Shown here one piece after another: positions 31,614 through 41,723 of a stretch of DNA of 64,000 nt. Source of the stretch: Vulcanimicrobiota bacterium (lineage in GTDB: Bacteria > Vulcanimicrobiota > Vulcanimicrobiia > Eremiobacterales > Eremiobacteraceae); contig CAWDVP010000002.1 of assembly GCA_963805945.1 (NCBI GenBank), positions 544,001-608,000 on the forward strand, read 5' to 3'. The notes under the pieces are model-generated. The model was not told the origin of the DNA, searched no databases, and saw nothing but the letters and a program-made list of their open reading frames with translations. Every line of letters starts with the position of its first letter. Position 1 is the stretch's first letter. Both the position numbers and the translations under genes were made by a program.

Positions 31614-32066
31614 ATGGACGTCGACGTCGAGATCAGCGTGCTGCCCGAAGGCGTCGGGCTGCCGCTGCCGCAGTACATGAGCGCGGGCGCCGCGGGCTGC
31701 GACCTGCTCGCGGCGGTGCGCGACGACGTCGTGCTCGCACCGGGTGAACGCGCGCTCATCCCGGCGGGGTTCTGTCTCGCGCTGCCCGCCGGCTTCGAAG
31801 CGCAAGTGCGTCCGCGCAGCGGGCTCGCACTCAAGCACGGCGTCACCTGTCTCAACACGCCGGGCACGATCGACGCAGACTATCGCGGGCCGGTGGGAGT
31901 CATCCTCATCAATCTCGGCACCGAGCCGTTTCGCGTGCGACGCGGCGAGCGCATCGCGCAGATGATCATCGGCCCGGTGCAGCGCGCGCGTTTCGTCGAG
32001 CGCGACACGCTCGCCGGCACCGAGCGCGGCGCGGGCGGTTTCGGCTCGACCGGCCGCGGTTCGTAG
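31614..32066 (+). CDS. dut: dUTP diphosphatase
   Basis: [31 protein letters not shown]. Confidence 0.97.
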   Translation: MDVDVEISVLPEGVGLPLPQYMSAGAAGCDLLAAVRDDVVLAPGERALIPAGFCLALPAGFEAQVRPRSGLALKHGVTCLNTPGTIDADYRGPVGVILINLGTEPFRVRRGERIAQMIIGPVQRARFVERDTLAGTERGAGGFGSTGRGS

Positions 32067-32069
32067 CGC

Positions 32070-33128
32070 ATGCGGGCGCTCGTCGTCGGCGCAGGCTCCA
32101 TCGGGTCATACATGGCGGCGCGGCTGCAGCAGGGCGGGCACGAGCCCGTCTTCTGGCTGCGCGGCGACGTCGAGCGGCCGACAGTGGAGTACACGCTGCA
32201 CGTCGGCACGACGGAGTATCGGGCGAGCGTCCAAGCGGTGACCCAGTTGTCGGACGGGCGCCTGCGCGAGCCGTTTGAACTGGCGATCGTCGCGGTGAAG
32301 ACGTTTTCGACGCAAGGCGCGATCGACGCGCTCGCGGCGATTCCGGCGTGCGCGGCGTCAACCGTACTGGTCATGGAGAACGGCCTCGGCAGCGATGAGC
32401 TCTGCGCGACGGCGTTCGGCGCCGACCGCGTCGTCGCCAGCGCGCTCACGACGGCGGTCGAGAAGACGGGCGAAGGCGTGCGCGCGACGAGCAAGGGCGG
32501 CTTGAGCATCGCGCCGATGGGCTCTGTGCCGCAGAACTGGCTGGTGGCGGCGCTCGAAGTCACGCCCATCAGGCTCGCGGTCGTCTCCGATTGGCGCGCG
32601 CTCAAGTGGTCGAAGCTGTGCATCAACCTCATGGCCAACGCGGTGTGCGCGATCCTCGATTGGCCGCCGGAGCGGGTCTACGCCGACAGCGTCGCTTTTT
32701 CAATAGAGCGGCGCTGTCTGCTCGAGGTGATCGCGGTGATGGACAAGCTCTCGATCCAGCCGGTGGCGCTCATCGATTTTCCAGTGCCATGGTTCGTGGG
32801 GGTGGCGCGCTCGATCCCAGAGAGTATACTTCGGATGCTCATCGCCTCGCGCGTGACCAAGGGCCGCGGCGGCAAGCTGCCCTCGCTGCTGCTCGACCTG
32901 CGCGAACATCGCCCGCAGCTGGAGGTCGACGCGCTCAACGGCGCGGTCGCCTCGCGCGCGGCGGCTGCCGGCGTCGCCGCTCCGGCGAACGCGACGGTGA
33001 CGCGCATCCTCGACGGTATCACCGCCGGCACCGTGAGCTGGCATGAGTTCCGCGACAAGCCCTCGGCGCTTGCCGACGCGATCAATGCGGCCGCGGCCGG
33101 AACTGCCGCACCGCCAGGGCGACCTTAG
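32070..33128 (+). CDS. panE: Ketopantoate reductase family protein
   Basis: VGAGSIG, AVKT, ENGLG, KWSKLCIN, SLLLD, EVDALNGAV. Confidence 0.8.
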   Translation: MRALVVGAGSIGSYMAARLQQGGHEPVFWLRGDVERPTVEYTLHVGTTEYRASVQAVTQLSDGRLREPFELAIVAVKTFSTQGAIDALAAIPACAASTVLVMENGLGSDELCATAFGADRVVASALTTAVEKTGEGVRATSKGGLSIAPMGSVPQNWLVAALEVTPIRLAVVSDWRALKWSKLCINLMANAVCAILDWPPERVYADSVAFSIERRCLLEVIAVMDKLSIQPVALIDFPVPWFVGVARSIPESILRMLIASRVTKGRGGKLPSLLLDLREHRPQLEVDALNGAVASRAAAAGVAAPANATVTRILDGITAGTVSWHEFRDKPSALADAINAAAAGTAAPPGRP

Positions 33129-33484
33129 CGGCGAAGCCGGCGGACGGCGTTTTCGTACGCCTTGTCGTGCGGATCCAAGGCAAGCACTCTGACGATTCGA
33201 TCATGCTCACGCACTATGAATACACCGCGGAACACGACGCCGCCGTGCCTCAAAGACGCCGCTCTGGCAAGCTGCAGCTTACCTCTCTTCTTCGGGAACT
33301 GTTTGGGGTCGGTTTCGAGCTTCGCGCGGAGATCGTTCCATGTAGCTCCGAAACCCGGGCGGGTGACGCAGTAGTCGACCAAGGCTTTGCCGACTTCCCT
33401 ATGCAGCACGACAGTCCAGCGGTCACCGGCCGCGCGGCCTGCCCGCGTTGCTGTATCGGACTCCGATCGCCTCGTCGATCGCAT
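33125..33484 (-). CDS. RelE/ParE-like toxin (start uncertain)
   Basis: WTVVLHREVGKAL...P..KKRGKL...FRGVFIV...VRVLALDPHDKAY pattern; basic; directly downstream of an HTH gene. Confidence 0.6.
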   Translation of the reverse strand: MRSTRRSESDTATRAGRAAGDRWTVVLHREVGKALVDYCVTRPGFGATWNDLRAKLETDPKQFPKKRGKLQLARAASLRHGGVVFRGVFIVREHDRIVRVLALDPHDKAYENAVRRLRR

Positions 33485-33800
33485 CTCCAAGCACCCTTGC
33501 GCTGATGAACTCGCTGTCCGGTGCTTTGGCTCTGCGCCTCAACGCAGCTGCATCGGCACGGAGGAATCGTGGCTCGAAAAGCTCATCGAGCCGGCATCCG
33601 AGAACCATCGCGATCTTTTCGAGCTTGGCCACGGTGATGTTGCCGTCTCCTCGCTCCACCTTTGAAACCGTTGCACGAGAGACTTTGGCTCGCGTCGCGA
33701 GCCTCGACTGGGAAATATCAAGCTCGGCTCGCTTGCGCACGAGATTGACCCGAAGGATGTCCGTCGCGCGCGTCGCTGGTCGATTCTTTTCTGCTCTCAC
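33423..33800 (-). CDS. XRE/Cro HTH regulator, putative antitoxin
   Basis: ISQSRLATRAKVSRATVSKVERG...LEKIAMVLGC. Confidence 0.85.
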   Translation of the reverse strand: MRAEKNRPATRATDILRVNLVRKRAELDISQSRLATRAKVSRATVSKVERGDGNITVAKLEKIAMVLGCRLDELFEPRFLRADAAALRRRAKAPDSEFISARVLGDAIDEAIGVRYSNAGRPRGR

Positions 33801-33807
33801 GCCCCAT

Positions 33808-33852
33808 AGTATACGCTGCTCTTGGGCTAATTGTCAATTTTAGTAGACAATT
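33808..33852 (-). promoter_or_regulatory. Promoter (TTGACA-18-TATACT) with overlapping inverted-repeat operator; leaderless start
   Basis: AATTGTC-N10-GACAATT at 33829-33852 covers the -35; the GTG start lies 7 nt after the -10. Confidence 0.7.
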
Positions 33853-34690
33853 CAAACGCTTTAGCCGCTGGACAACGGTCGGCGAGACCGCACTGATCGC
33901 ATTGCGGCTCCGGCCGGCACGGACCGAGCGCCGCGAAAAGCGCGAGCGCTCCTTCGACCGCGTACGGGTCGCGGCTGAGCGCCTGCGCGAGCGCGCCGAT
34001 CTCGAGCTGCAGCACTTCCGACGGCGCGCCGGATTCAACGATGGCGAGACGTTCGGCGACGCGCCGTGCACCCGGGTGTGCGAACACAGTGAAGAAGCCC
34101 CATCGCTTCAGCGTCTGACGTGCGGCCATCTCGTTGATGCGTGCGAAATCTGCGCGCAGCGTGTCCACCAACGCAGGCCAGCCTTCCATGGGCTCGTCTG
34201 CGGCGGCGACGCGAGCGACCCGCGCGAGATAACCGCCTTCATCGCGCGCGATGTCGCGCCAGCGCGCGGCGTTGACGACGCAGGCGCGGATCTTCGCCTC
34301 ATTGCGGATGATCGGCCGCCGTAAGAGCTCGTGCACCTCCGCATCGCCGAAGACCGCCACGCGAACAGGGTCATAACCGGCGAACCCCGCGGCCAGCGCA
34401 TCGCGCTTCGACTCCACCACCGTGTTGCCGATGCCTTGTGCGAAGATGACCTCGCACAGGCGGCCGAACGCGACGCTTTCGCCGCTCGGCGCGTCATGCT
34501 CGGCGACGTAGCGGCGCACGCGCGCCGCGCTCTCATCCGCGCCGAAGCGCGTGTCGAGGATGCGGTCGATGACGCGCACGAGGCCTGAGCGCTTGCGCAC
34601 GCTGGCCGCGCGGAGCCGCTTCCGAGGCGGCCCTAGCGTCTCAGCCGGCTGCGCCGACGGCGTTTGTTCACGGGGTTGGGTCAGAGGCAT
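33827..34690 (-). CDS. 3-methyladenine glycosylase I (Tag)-like protein with C-terminal EndoIII-like 4Cys cluster motif
   Basis: FGRLCEVIFAQG...KRDAL..GFAGYDPVRVA...IIRNEAKIRACVVNA; C-x5-C-x2-C-x5-C at the C-terminus. Confidence 0.75.
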   Translation of the reverse strand: MPLTQPREQTPSAQPAETLGPPRKRLRAASVRKRSGLVRVIDRILDTRFGADESAARVRRYVAEHDAPSGESVAFGRLCEVIFAQGIGNTVVESKRDALAAGFAGYDPVRVAVFGDAEVHELLRRPIIRNEAKIRACVVNAARWRDIARDEGGYLARVARVAAADEPMEGWPALVDTLRADFARINEMAARQTLKRWGFFTVFAHPGARRVAERLAIVESGAPSEVLQLEIGALAQALSRDPYAVEGALALFAALGPCRPEPQCDQCGLADRCPAAKAFELSTKIDN

Positions 34691-35050
34691 CTCATCTCCA
34701 TCATTTCGCGGGAACGCACTGCGGCAGCGGGCGAGAAAAGCGCGCCACGCGCCGAGGTTCGAGGCGGGGATCGGCGCGATGAACGCGGCGCTGCGCCAGC
34801 GTGCGGTCTCGGCCGAAAACCGGTTGCCGGCGCATGCGACAAAGCGGCGGACGAAGGCGCGCACGAGAAACGGTGAGTCGGCGTCGACGATCGCGCGCAT
34901 GCCATGCGGGATGACGCAACGGTCCACCACGCGCACGGGTGTGGCGCGGCCCGCATCGTCGCACGCGTTGAGGGCGACGCGCGCGGAGACGCCCGAGAGG
35001 CACGGCCGCAGCCGCGCCGTATCGAGCATCACGAACCATAGCCGCTCCAC
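34691..35050 (-). CDS. Inactivated RAYT/Y1 HUH transposase-like domain, in frame with the downstream glycosylase
   Basis: By-eye alignment: WFVMLDT~YFVTICT, CVIPHGMRAIV~VVMPNHVHGI, FVRRFV~IIRSFK, RWRSAAF~VWQRNYY, WRAFL~IRQYI; REP 42 nt upstream. Confidence 0.55.
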
Positions 35051-35092
35051 ATCCGGGGTCTATGTCACGCGGGAGCGCTGTCGCGACAAGAC

Positions 35093-35120
35093 GGGCCGAT
35101 CTAAAGATCGGCCCCTACAT
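35093..35120 (-). repeat. GTAG-type REP palindrome, family 1
   Basis: ATGTAG-GGGCCGATC-TTTA-GATCGGCCC on the minus strand. Confidence 0.85.
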
Positions 35121-35132
35121 AAAGCGCCGAGA

Positions 35133-35804
35133 TCAGTAGGTGCGGCGGGCGAGGTGCCGTTCGAGCGCTCGTGCGGCGAGCGCCATCGAGAAGTTGGTGA
35201 TGAAATAGACGAAGCCGATGAGCGTGAACGTCTCGATCGGATTCAAGTACTTGGCGAAGATGATCGTCCCCGAACCCGTCAGTTCTTGCACGCCGAGCCC
35301 CCATGCGTACGACGTATCCTTGACCACGGTGATGAACTGCCCGACGGTCGGCGGGATGACTTTGCGCATGCCCTGCGGCAAGATGATGAGGCGCAGCGTC
35401 TGGACGTACGAGAGGCCCTGCGAGCGCGCGGCCTCCCATTGCCCCGGCGGCACGCCGTTGAGTCCGGCGCGCACGATCTCGGCGATGACCGCGGCGGTGT
35501 AGATCGACATGCCGGCGATCGCGGCCCACACCGGCGGCAGATGGCTCCAGAAACGCGCGGCGAGCATGATCAACAAAAGCGGTAGGTTTCGGAACAACTC
35601 GATATAGAGCGTGGCGAGCGCCCCCGTCAGGCGCGCGAAGCCGCGTGCGCCTTCGCCCGCGTAACGCGCGACGCCCAAGACGACGCCGCCGACCATCGAG
35701 ATGACGATGGTCCAGAACGCGATCTCCAGCGTGACCTCGAAGCCCCACCACAAGAAACGTAGATTCTCCGACTGGAAGAGCGCGACGAAGCCGTGCCAGC
35801 TCAT
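35133..35804 (-). CDS. Polar amino acid ABC permease
   Basis: YIELFRNLPLL, AEIVRAG, GQWEAARSQG, KDTS. Confidence 0.9.
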   Translation of the reverse strand: MSWHGFVALFQSENLRFLWWGFEVTLEIAFWTIVISMVGGVVLGVARYAGEGARGFARLTGALATLYIELFRNLPLLLIMLAARFWSHLPPVWAAIAGMSIYTAAVIAEIVRAGLNGVPPGQWEAARSQGLSYVQTLRLIILPQGMRKVIPPTVGQFITVVKDTSYAWGLGVQELTGSGTIIFAKYLNPIETFTLIGFVYFITNFSMALAARALERHLARRTY

Positions 35805-36478
35805 GCGCCGCGCCTCGCATCGGCCGGCGTCGCGATGCGGCGCTCGAAGTAGCGCGCGAGACCGGCGAGTGGCAACGTCAACGCGAGATAGAGAACGGCG
35901 ACGGTGACGTAGGCGACGCCGTACATCAACGTCTCGGATGACCACGTGTCCGCCTGATAGATGAGATCTGCGCCGGCGATGAGCGAGAGCACCTGCGTGT
36001 TCTTCACGAGGTTGACGCACTGGTTGGTGTATGGCGGGATGATGACGCGCAGCGCCTGCGGCAGCACGACGTAGCGCATCGCTTGCACGAACGTGAGGCC
36101 CTGCGACAACGCCGCTTCGAGCTGGCCACGCGCGACCGAGGCGACGCCGCCGCGCACCACTTCGGCGATGAACGCGCCTGTGTAGATCGACAGGCTCACC
36201 ACGCCCACGACGAGCACCGGCAGCACGATGTGGAACCGCGGCAGTCCGTAGTAGAAGAAGAACGCCTGCAGCAGCAGCGGCGTGTTGCGGATCGACTCGA
36301 CGTAGATGCGGTTGACGGCCTGGGCGAGCCGCGACGGCGCGGCGCCGAGCAAGCCGAACGCCACGCCGAGGATCGTCGCGAACACGAGCGCTAGCGCCGC
36401 GACGAGCACCGTGTGCGCGAGCCCGATGGCGAAGACGCGCCAGTCGAGCAGCAGCGCCGACCAGGCCTGGAGCGTCAT
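35801..36478 (-). CDS. Polar amino acid ABC permease
   Basis: YVESIRNTPLL, AEVVRGG, GQLEAALSQG. Confidence 0.9.
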   Translation of the reverse strand: MTLQAWSALLLDWRVFAIGLAHTVLVAALALVFATILGVAFGLLGAAPSRLAQAVNRIYVESIRNTPLLLQAFFFYYGLPRFHIVLPVLVVGVVSLSIYTGAFIAEVVRGGVASVARGQLEAALSQGLTFVQAMRYVVLPQALRVIIPPYTNQCVNLVKNTQVLSLIAGADLIYQADTWSSETLMYGVAYVTVAVLYLALTLPLAGLARYFERRIATPADARRGA

Positions 36479-36503
36479 CGCCGTCGTCTAAGCGGCCCTT
36501 AGG

Positions 36504-37337
36504 CTACTTCGTCTCGTTCTCGGTGTAGATGCCCCATTTCTGTTGCCACTTCTTCAGCGTGCCCGAGTTCTTGATGTCGGTGATCTGGGTCGCCACCCAC
36601 GCGGACAACGTGTCGCCGCCCTTGCGGGTCGCCACGCCGTAGTCTTCGCTGCTGTAGCGATCGGGCAGGATGACGGTGGTGGGGTCTTGCTGCTCGTAGT
36701 ACTTGAGGATCGAGCCGTCGGTGGAGAACGCCTGCACGCGGCCGGCCTGCAGCGCCGCGAGGATCTCGCCGTACGTCTCGAACGCGGCGAAGCTCAGCAG
36801 CACGTTGATGTCGGACCCCTTGGCGGTGAGCCGCGTGGCGGTATCCGCACCCTTGGCGACGCCGATGGTCTTGTTGTTGAGGTCCTTGAGCCCTTTGATG
36901 CCCGAGCTCTTCTGCACGAGCAGCGCGATGCCGTCGGTGTAGTAGGGCGGGCTGAAGTCGAGGATGAGCTTGCGCTGGTCGGTGATGGTGAACGTCGCGA
37001 TGACCATGTCGAGCTCGCCGCTGTCGAGCAGCGCGCCGCGCGTCTTCGCCGTCACCGTGGTGAACTTGACCTTGTTCGGGTCGCCGAGCAGGCGCTTGGC
37101 GAGCTCGTGCGCGATGTCGATCTCGTAGCCCTCGTACTGGTTCGTCTTGGGATTGAGGAAGCCGAAGCCGAGCACATCGGCCTTCACGCCGACGTCGAGC
37201 GCGCCGCGCGCCTTGATATCGGATAGCTGGTCGGCCGCCGCCGGTCCGGCGCCGAGCGCGCACAGCGCGAGCGCTGCAGCGAGCGCGGCGAACGTGGCGC
37301 CCGCGACGCGCCCGATCGCGAAATGCCGTCTCTTCAC
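36504..37337 (-). CDS. Polar amino acid (Glu/Asp/Gln) ABC substrate-binding protein
   Basis: Signal peptide, [28 protein letters not shown]. Confidence 0.9.
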   Translation of the reverse strand: MKRRHFAIGRVAGATFAALAAALALCALGAGPAAADQLSDIKARGALDVGVKADVLGFGFLNPKTNQYEGYEIDIAHELAKRLLGDPNKVKFTTVTAKTRGALLDSGELDMVIATFTITDQRKLILDFSPPYYTDGIALLVQKSSGIKGLKDLNNKTIGVAKGADTATRLTAKGSDINVLLSFAAFETYGEILAALQAGRVQAFSTDGSILKYYEQQDPTTVILPDRYSSEDYGVATRKGGDTLSAWVATQITDIKNSGTLKKWQQKWGIYTENETK

Positions 37338-37353
37338 GATGTCCCCTCCATGA

Positions 37354-38082
<729 letters not shown>

Positions 38083-38114
38083 ATGCGTGCCGCCTGTGCT
38101 CGGCGGTGCGCCGC

Positions 38115-38564
38115 TTAGAAGACCTCGACCGGAGTGCCGCCGGCCGCCGAGAACAGCGCTTTGACTTTGTCCACATCGGGGCCGGCAGCGAAACCGGCGA
38201 CGCTGCGTCCGGAGTCGATCGCATCCGTGTAATCATCGGATCGGCCGTCAGGGATGCTCAGCTCCGCCAACAATTCGTCCGACCCGGACGACACCATGCC
38301 GGCGCCTTTCGGCGTCTCATCGGTGAGTCCGGGTACGCTCATGCCGCCGAAACCGGTGATGATGCCGGTGCCTGAACCCATCGCGTCCGCGTTGGGCTCG
38401 CCGCTGAGGATGAACTCGACGCCGCTGGAGACGAGATCATCCGACGGCGTCTCGCTCGTGATCACCTTGAGACGTTCGATGTCGAGGCCGCTCGCCTTGA
38501 TCGTGTCCGCGAGCTTCGCCACCGCATCGTGGTCCTTGAAAATGCCGACGACCATCGTACCCAT
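38115..38564 (-). CDS. Hypothetical protein, general-stress-protein-like
   Basis: MVVGIFKDHDAV start and L..LSIPD.....Y...I..G C-terminal pattern; SD AAGGA. Confidence 0.6.
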   Translation of the reverse strand: MGTMVVGIFKDHDAVAKLADTIKASGLDIERLKVITSETPSDDLVSSGVEFILSGEPNADAMGSGTGIITGFGGMSVPGLTDETPKGAGMVSSGSDELLAELSIPDGRSDDYTDAIDSGRSVAGFAAGPDVDKVKALFSAAGGTPVEVF

Positions 38565-38642
38565 GCTAGCGACGTCCTTTCTTGCGTGAACCCCGCGGTT
38601 CGCGCAAGGCGGCGGCGCAGCCTCCTGCGAAACCCAGCGGCC

Positions 38643-39299
38643 ATGAGCGCCCTGAAACTCATCTTCTACGTGGACGTGCTCTCGTCGTGGAGCTTCGTCG
38701 CCGAGCAAGCGTTGGACCGGCTGCGCGCTGAGCTCGGATCGCGCTTGGAGGTCGAGTGGCGCATCGCGTTCCTGTTCGACGGCGGCCCCTTGGGCTATGG
38801 TCTCGAGAAGAACGCCTGGTACTACCGCCGCAACCTCGCGGTGACCGGCGTGACGCTCAACACCGCGTGGCGCGACAGCATGGCCGACACGACCTGGCAT
38901 GCGAACCTCGCGGCGCAAGCCGCGCGCAGCCTCGGGATCGAGGACGACCGCGTTCGGCGCGCTCTCACGCGTGCCGCGATGGTGGACGGCGAACACATCG
39001 GCAGGCGCGACGTCGCCGTCGCGATCGCCGCTTCGGCGGCGGGCGTCAGCGCAGCCGAATTGGAAAAGGCGATGGACGATCCACGCACGGCCGCGCGCAT
39101 GCACGAGACGACGGCGGAGTTCAAGGCGTTGAAGCTCGATGTGCAGCCGGTGTTCATCTTCCGCAACGATATCGGCGATACCGCGATCCTCTCGGGGCTG
39201 TACACCTATGAGACGCTTGCCAGCTGTGCGCGCGAGATGCTCGCCGCGGCCGACGGCTATGCGTCCTTCATCGCGAATAATCCCGAGCCGAAGCAGTAG
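38643..39299 (+). CDS. DsbA/FrnE/kappa-GST-fold protein with SxxS in place of CxxC
   Basis: FYVDVLSSWSFVA, VQPVFIF. Confidence 0.8.
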   Translation: MSALKLIFYVDVLSSWSFVAEQALDRLRAELGSRLEVEWRIAFLFDGGPLGYGLEKNAWYYRRNLAVTGVTLNTAWRDSMADTTWHANLAAQAARSLGIEDDRVRRALTRAAMVDGEHIGRRDVAVAIAASAAGVSAAELEKAMDDPRTAARMHETTAEFKALKLDVQPVFIFRNDIGDTAILSGLYTYETLASCAREMLAAADGYASFIANNPEPKQ

Positions 39300-39350
39300 G
39301 GACGCGGTCGCCGCGCGAAGGCGACAGTCACCACGGCGACTGGAGGGTCT

Positions 39351-39752
39351 ATGAGCCTCGCGCGCTTGCTCTTGACGGTGCTCGTCATCTTCGTGCTCTC
39401 GGTGGTCTTCGGCACGCTCATCCACGCGTTCTTGCTGAAAGACGACTACATGCAGGTGTCGCAGCTCTACCGGACGGCGATGGACACGAAGTTCGTCTTC
39501 ATCTGGCTCGCGTATCTCGCGTTCGCGATCGGCTCGGTATGGGTCTATTCCAAAGGCGTCGAAGACGGCCCGTGGCTGGGCCAAGGCCTGCGCTTCGGCT
39601 TGGCGATGTGGCTGATCCTGAGCATCCCATCGTTTTTGATCGCATACGCGACCCAGCCGATCCCCGAGAGCCTCGTCATGAAACAGACGCTCTACGAACT
39701 CGTCGACAAACTCGTGCTCGGCGTCGTGACTGCACTCATGCTAAGGAGATAG
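39351..39752 (+). CDS. Four-TM hypothetical membrane protein
   Basis: Four hydrophobic helices, QGLRFG motif; SD GGAGG. Confidence 0.7.
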   Translation: MSLARLLLTVLVIFVLSVVFGTLIHAFLLKDDYMQVSQLYRTAMDTKFVFIWLAYLAFAIGSVWVYSKGVEDGPWLGQGLRFGLAMWLILSIPSFLIAYATQPIPESLVMKQTLYELVDKLVLGVVTALMLRR

Positions 39753-39754
39753 AA

Positions 39755-40321
39755 TTGAAAAGATATCCACTTACGGGCGCAACGCTCTTGGTCGCGCTGG
39801 CGCTCGCGCTGCCGGTCGCGACGTTCGCGGACGCCCCGACCGCCAGTACGGCGATGGCGACGCCGACCCCGGTGCCCGGCACCAGCTTGATCAACGTCTC
39901 GCGCTGCCATCCGAAACTGAACAACAACTATGATTCCGGCTATCCGCCCGCCGCGTGGAGCGGCGCCTCTCAGGTCTACAACTATTACGACGTCTACGGC
40001 GGCTATCCGAATCAACGGCCGTCGAGCAGCACCGCGAACCTGTTCATCGATTACACGAACACGACGCACAAGGTGATGACCTCGGTCGAATTCGGTCTCA
40101 CCACGAGCGGCGTGGTGATCGCCGAAGTCAAGGACAGCGGCAAGTTCGCGCCGGGCGCGGAGATCAAGCACCGCTTCTCGATGGGCAACGGCGTCGTGCC
40201 GCTCACCAACCAGCCACCGGTGTGCATGCCGCTGCGCATCACGTGGGCCGACGGCACGACGTGGAAGGCACCGCATCTGCCGGCCATCAACAAGTCAGCG
40301 ACCTACGGAAGCGGGCACTAG
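39755..40321 (+). CDS. Secreted hypothetical protein (TTG start)
   Basis: SD AAGGAG, signal peptide, Tyr/Gly-rich insert, two Cys. Confidence 0.7.
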   Translation: MKRYPLTGATLLVALALALPVATFADAPTASTAMATPTPVPGTSLINVSRCHPKLNNNYDSGYPPAAWSGASQVYNYYDVYGGYPNQRPSSSTANLFIDYTNTTHKVMTSVEFGLTTSGVVIAEVKDSGKFAPGAEIKHRFSMGNGVVPLTNQPPVCMPLRITWADGTTWKAPHLPAINKSATYGSGH

Positions 40322-40345
40322 GAACGAGAAGCTCGCGCACGTACC

Positions 40346-40378
40346 GACCGGGTCCGCTTTGCGCAGACCCGGTCTTTT
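40346..40378 (+). terminator. Intrinsic terminator between convergent genes
   Basis: GACCGGGTC...GACCCGGTC followed by TTTT. Confidence 0.7.
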
Positions 40379-41655
40379 CATATGTCGAGGTCGAGCAGAT
40401 GGTCGAGCGGCTCGCGCTTGGCGACGAGCGTGGCCTGGCCGTCACGCGCCAACACCACCGCCGGCCGAGGGAAGCGGTTGTAGTTGCTCGCCATCGAGTA
40501 GGTGTACGCGCCGGTGTTGCGCACCGCGAGCAGATCGCCGGGGCGCGGGTCGTCAAACCGGACGTCGGGGAACAGCCGGTCTGTCTCGCAATGCCGTCCG
40601 AAGACCGTGTAGATGGCCTCATCCGCCGTCGCAGCCTGCCGGTGCTTCTTCAACAACGCCACCTCATAGCGCGCATCGTACAGCGCCGGCCGTGGGTTGT
40701 CGGACAGGCCGCCGTCGACGATGAGCGCCTGCGACCCATCGGGCAGCGTCTTGCGCACGCCGATCGTGTACAGCGTCGTGCCGGCGCTCGCCACGAGCGC
40801 GCGGCCAGGCTCGACGAGGATCTGCGGACGCGGCAATCCCGCGCCCACGTAATGATGCTCGAAGGCCTCGAAGATGGCGCTCGCCCAGGCGTGTGGCGTC
40901 GGCGCCCGCTCCTCGCCTTCATCGATGCCGATGCCGCCGCCGATGTCGACGACGGAAAACGAGGCGTCGCACTCGCGCCGGGCATCGAGCGCGAAGGCCG
41001 CGAGTGCGGCGATCTCATCCTCGTACTTACCTAGGTCGTAGAGGCGCGAACCGATGTGGCAGTGGATGCCCGCGAGATCCAGGGATGCGCATGACTCGAC
41101 GAGTTCGAGCGCGGCTAGCGCTTGCCCATCGTTGATGGCGAAACCGAATTTCGAATCGGCGCCGCTCGTCTGGACGTGCGCGTGCGTGTCCGTGTCGATC
41201 TCCGGATTGACGCGCACCAGCACCGACGGCTGCTTGTGCAGCCGCTCCGCTGCGGCGGCGAGCGCGTCGATCTCGTCGCGATGATCGATCACGATGTGCT
41301 GCACGCCGGCGCCGACGGCGAGGTCGATCTCCTCGGCCGTCTTGAAACAGCCGTGCATGAGGATGCGATCAGCCGGCACGCCGGCACGCAGCGCGGTGTG
41401 CAGCTCGCCGGCCGAGCAGACGTCGACCGCGAGCCCCTCATCGGCCGCGATGCGCACAACGGCGCGCAGCATGAGCGCCTTGGCTGCGTAGGTGATCTCG
41501 GTGCTCCAGACCTTTGACGCAAAGGCGCGGCGAAAACTAGCCATCGCCCCGCGCAGGGTGGATTCGTCGAGCGCGAGCAGCGGCGTGCCGAAGGTCGTGG
41601 CAAGCTCGAACGCGTCGCAACCGCCTATGAGTCCAGGCACCGTTTCGATCGGCAT
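40378..41655 (-). CDS. lysA: Diaminopimelate decarboxylase
   Basis: YAAKA, SKFG, HCHIGS, EPGRALVA, HCETD, GAYTYSMASNYN. Confidence 0.95.
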   Translation of the reverse strand: MPIETVPGLIGGCDAFELATTFGTPLLALDESTLRGAMASFRRAFASKVWSTEITYAAKALMLRAVVRIAADEGLAVDVCSAGELHTALRAGVPADRILMHGCFKTAEEIDLAVGAGVQHIVIDHRDEIDALAAAAERLHKQPSVLVRVNPEIDTDTHAHVQTSGADSKFGFAINDGQALAALELVESCASLDLAGIHCHIGSRLYDLGKYEDEIAALAAFALDARRECDASFSVVDIGGGIGIDEGEERAPTPHAWASAIFEAFEHHYVGAGLPRPQILVEPGRALVASAGTTLYTIGVRKTLPDGSQALIVDGGLSDNPRPALYDARYEVALLKKHRQAATADEAIYTVFGRHCETDRLFPDVRFDDPRPGDLLAVRNTGAYTYSMASNYNRFPRPAVVLARDGQATLVAKREPLDHLLDLDI

Positions 41656-41723
41656 GGCGGCGCGTTCAGCCCCGCGCTTATCAAATCCCTCAGTCAACGA
41701 TCGCTCAACGATCGCTGTGCCTT

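Noticed and set aside
34691..35050. Active IS200/IS605 element
   Set aside because: The HUH and catalytic Tyr residues are absent, and there is no tnpB or recognisable second end.
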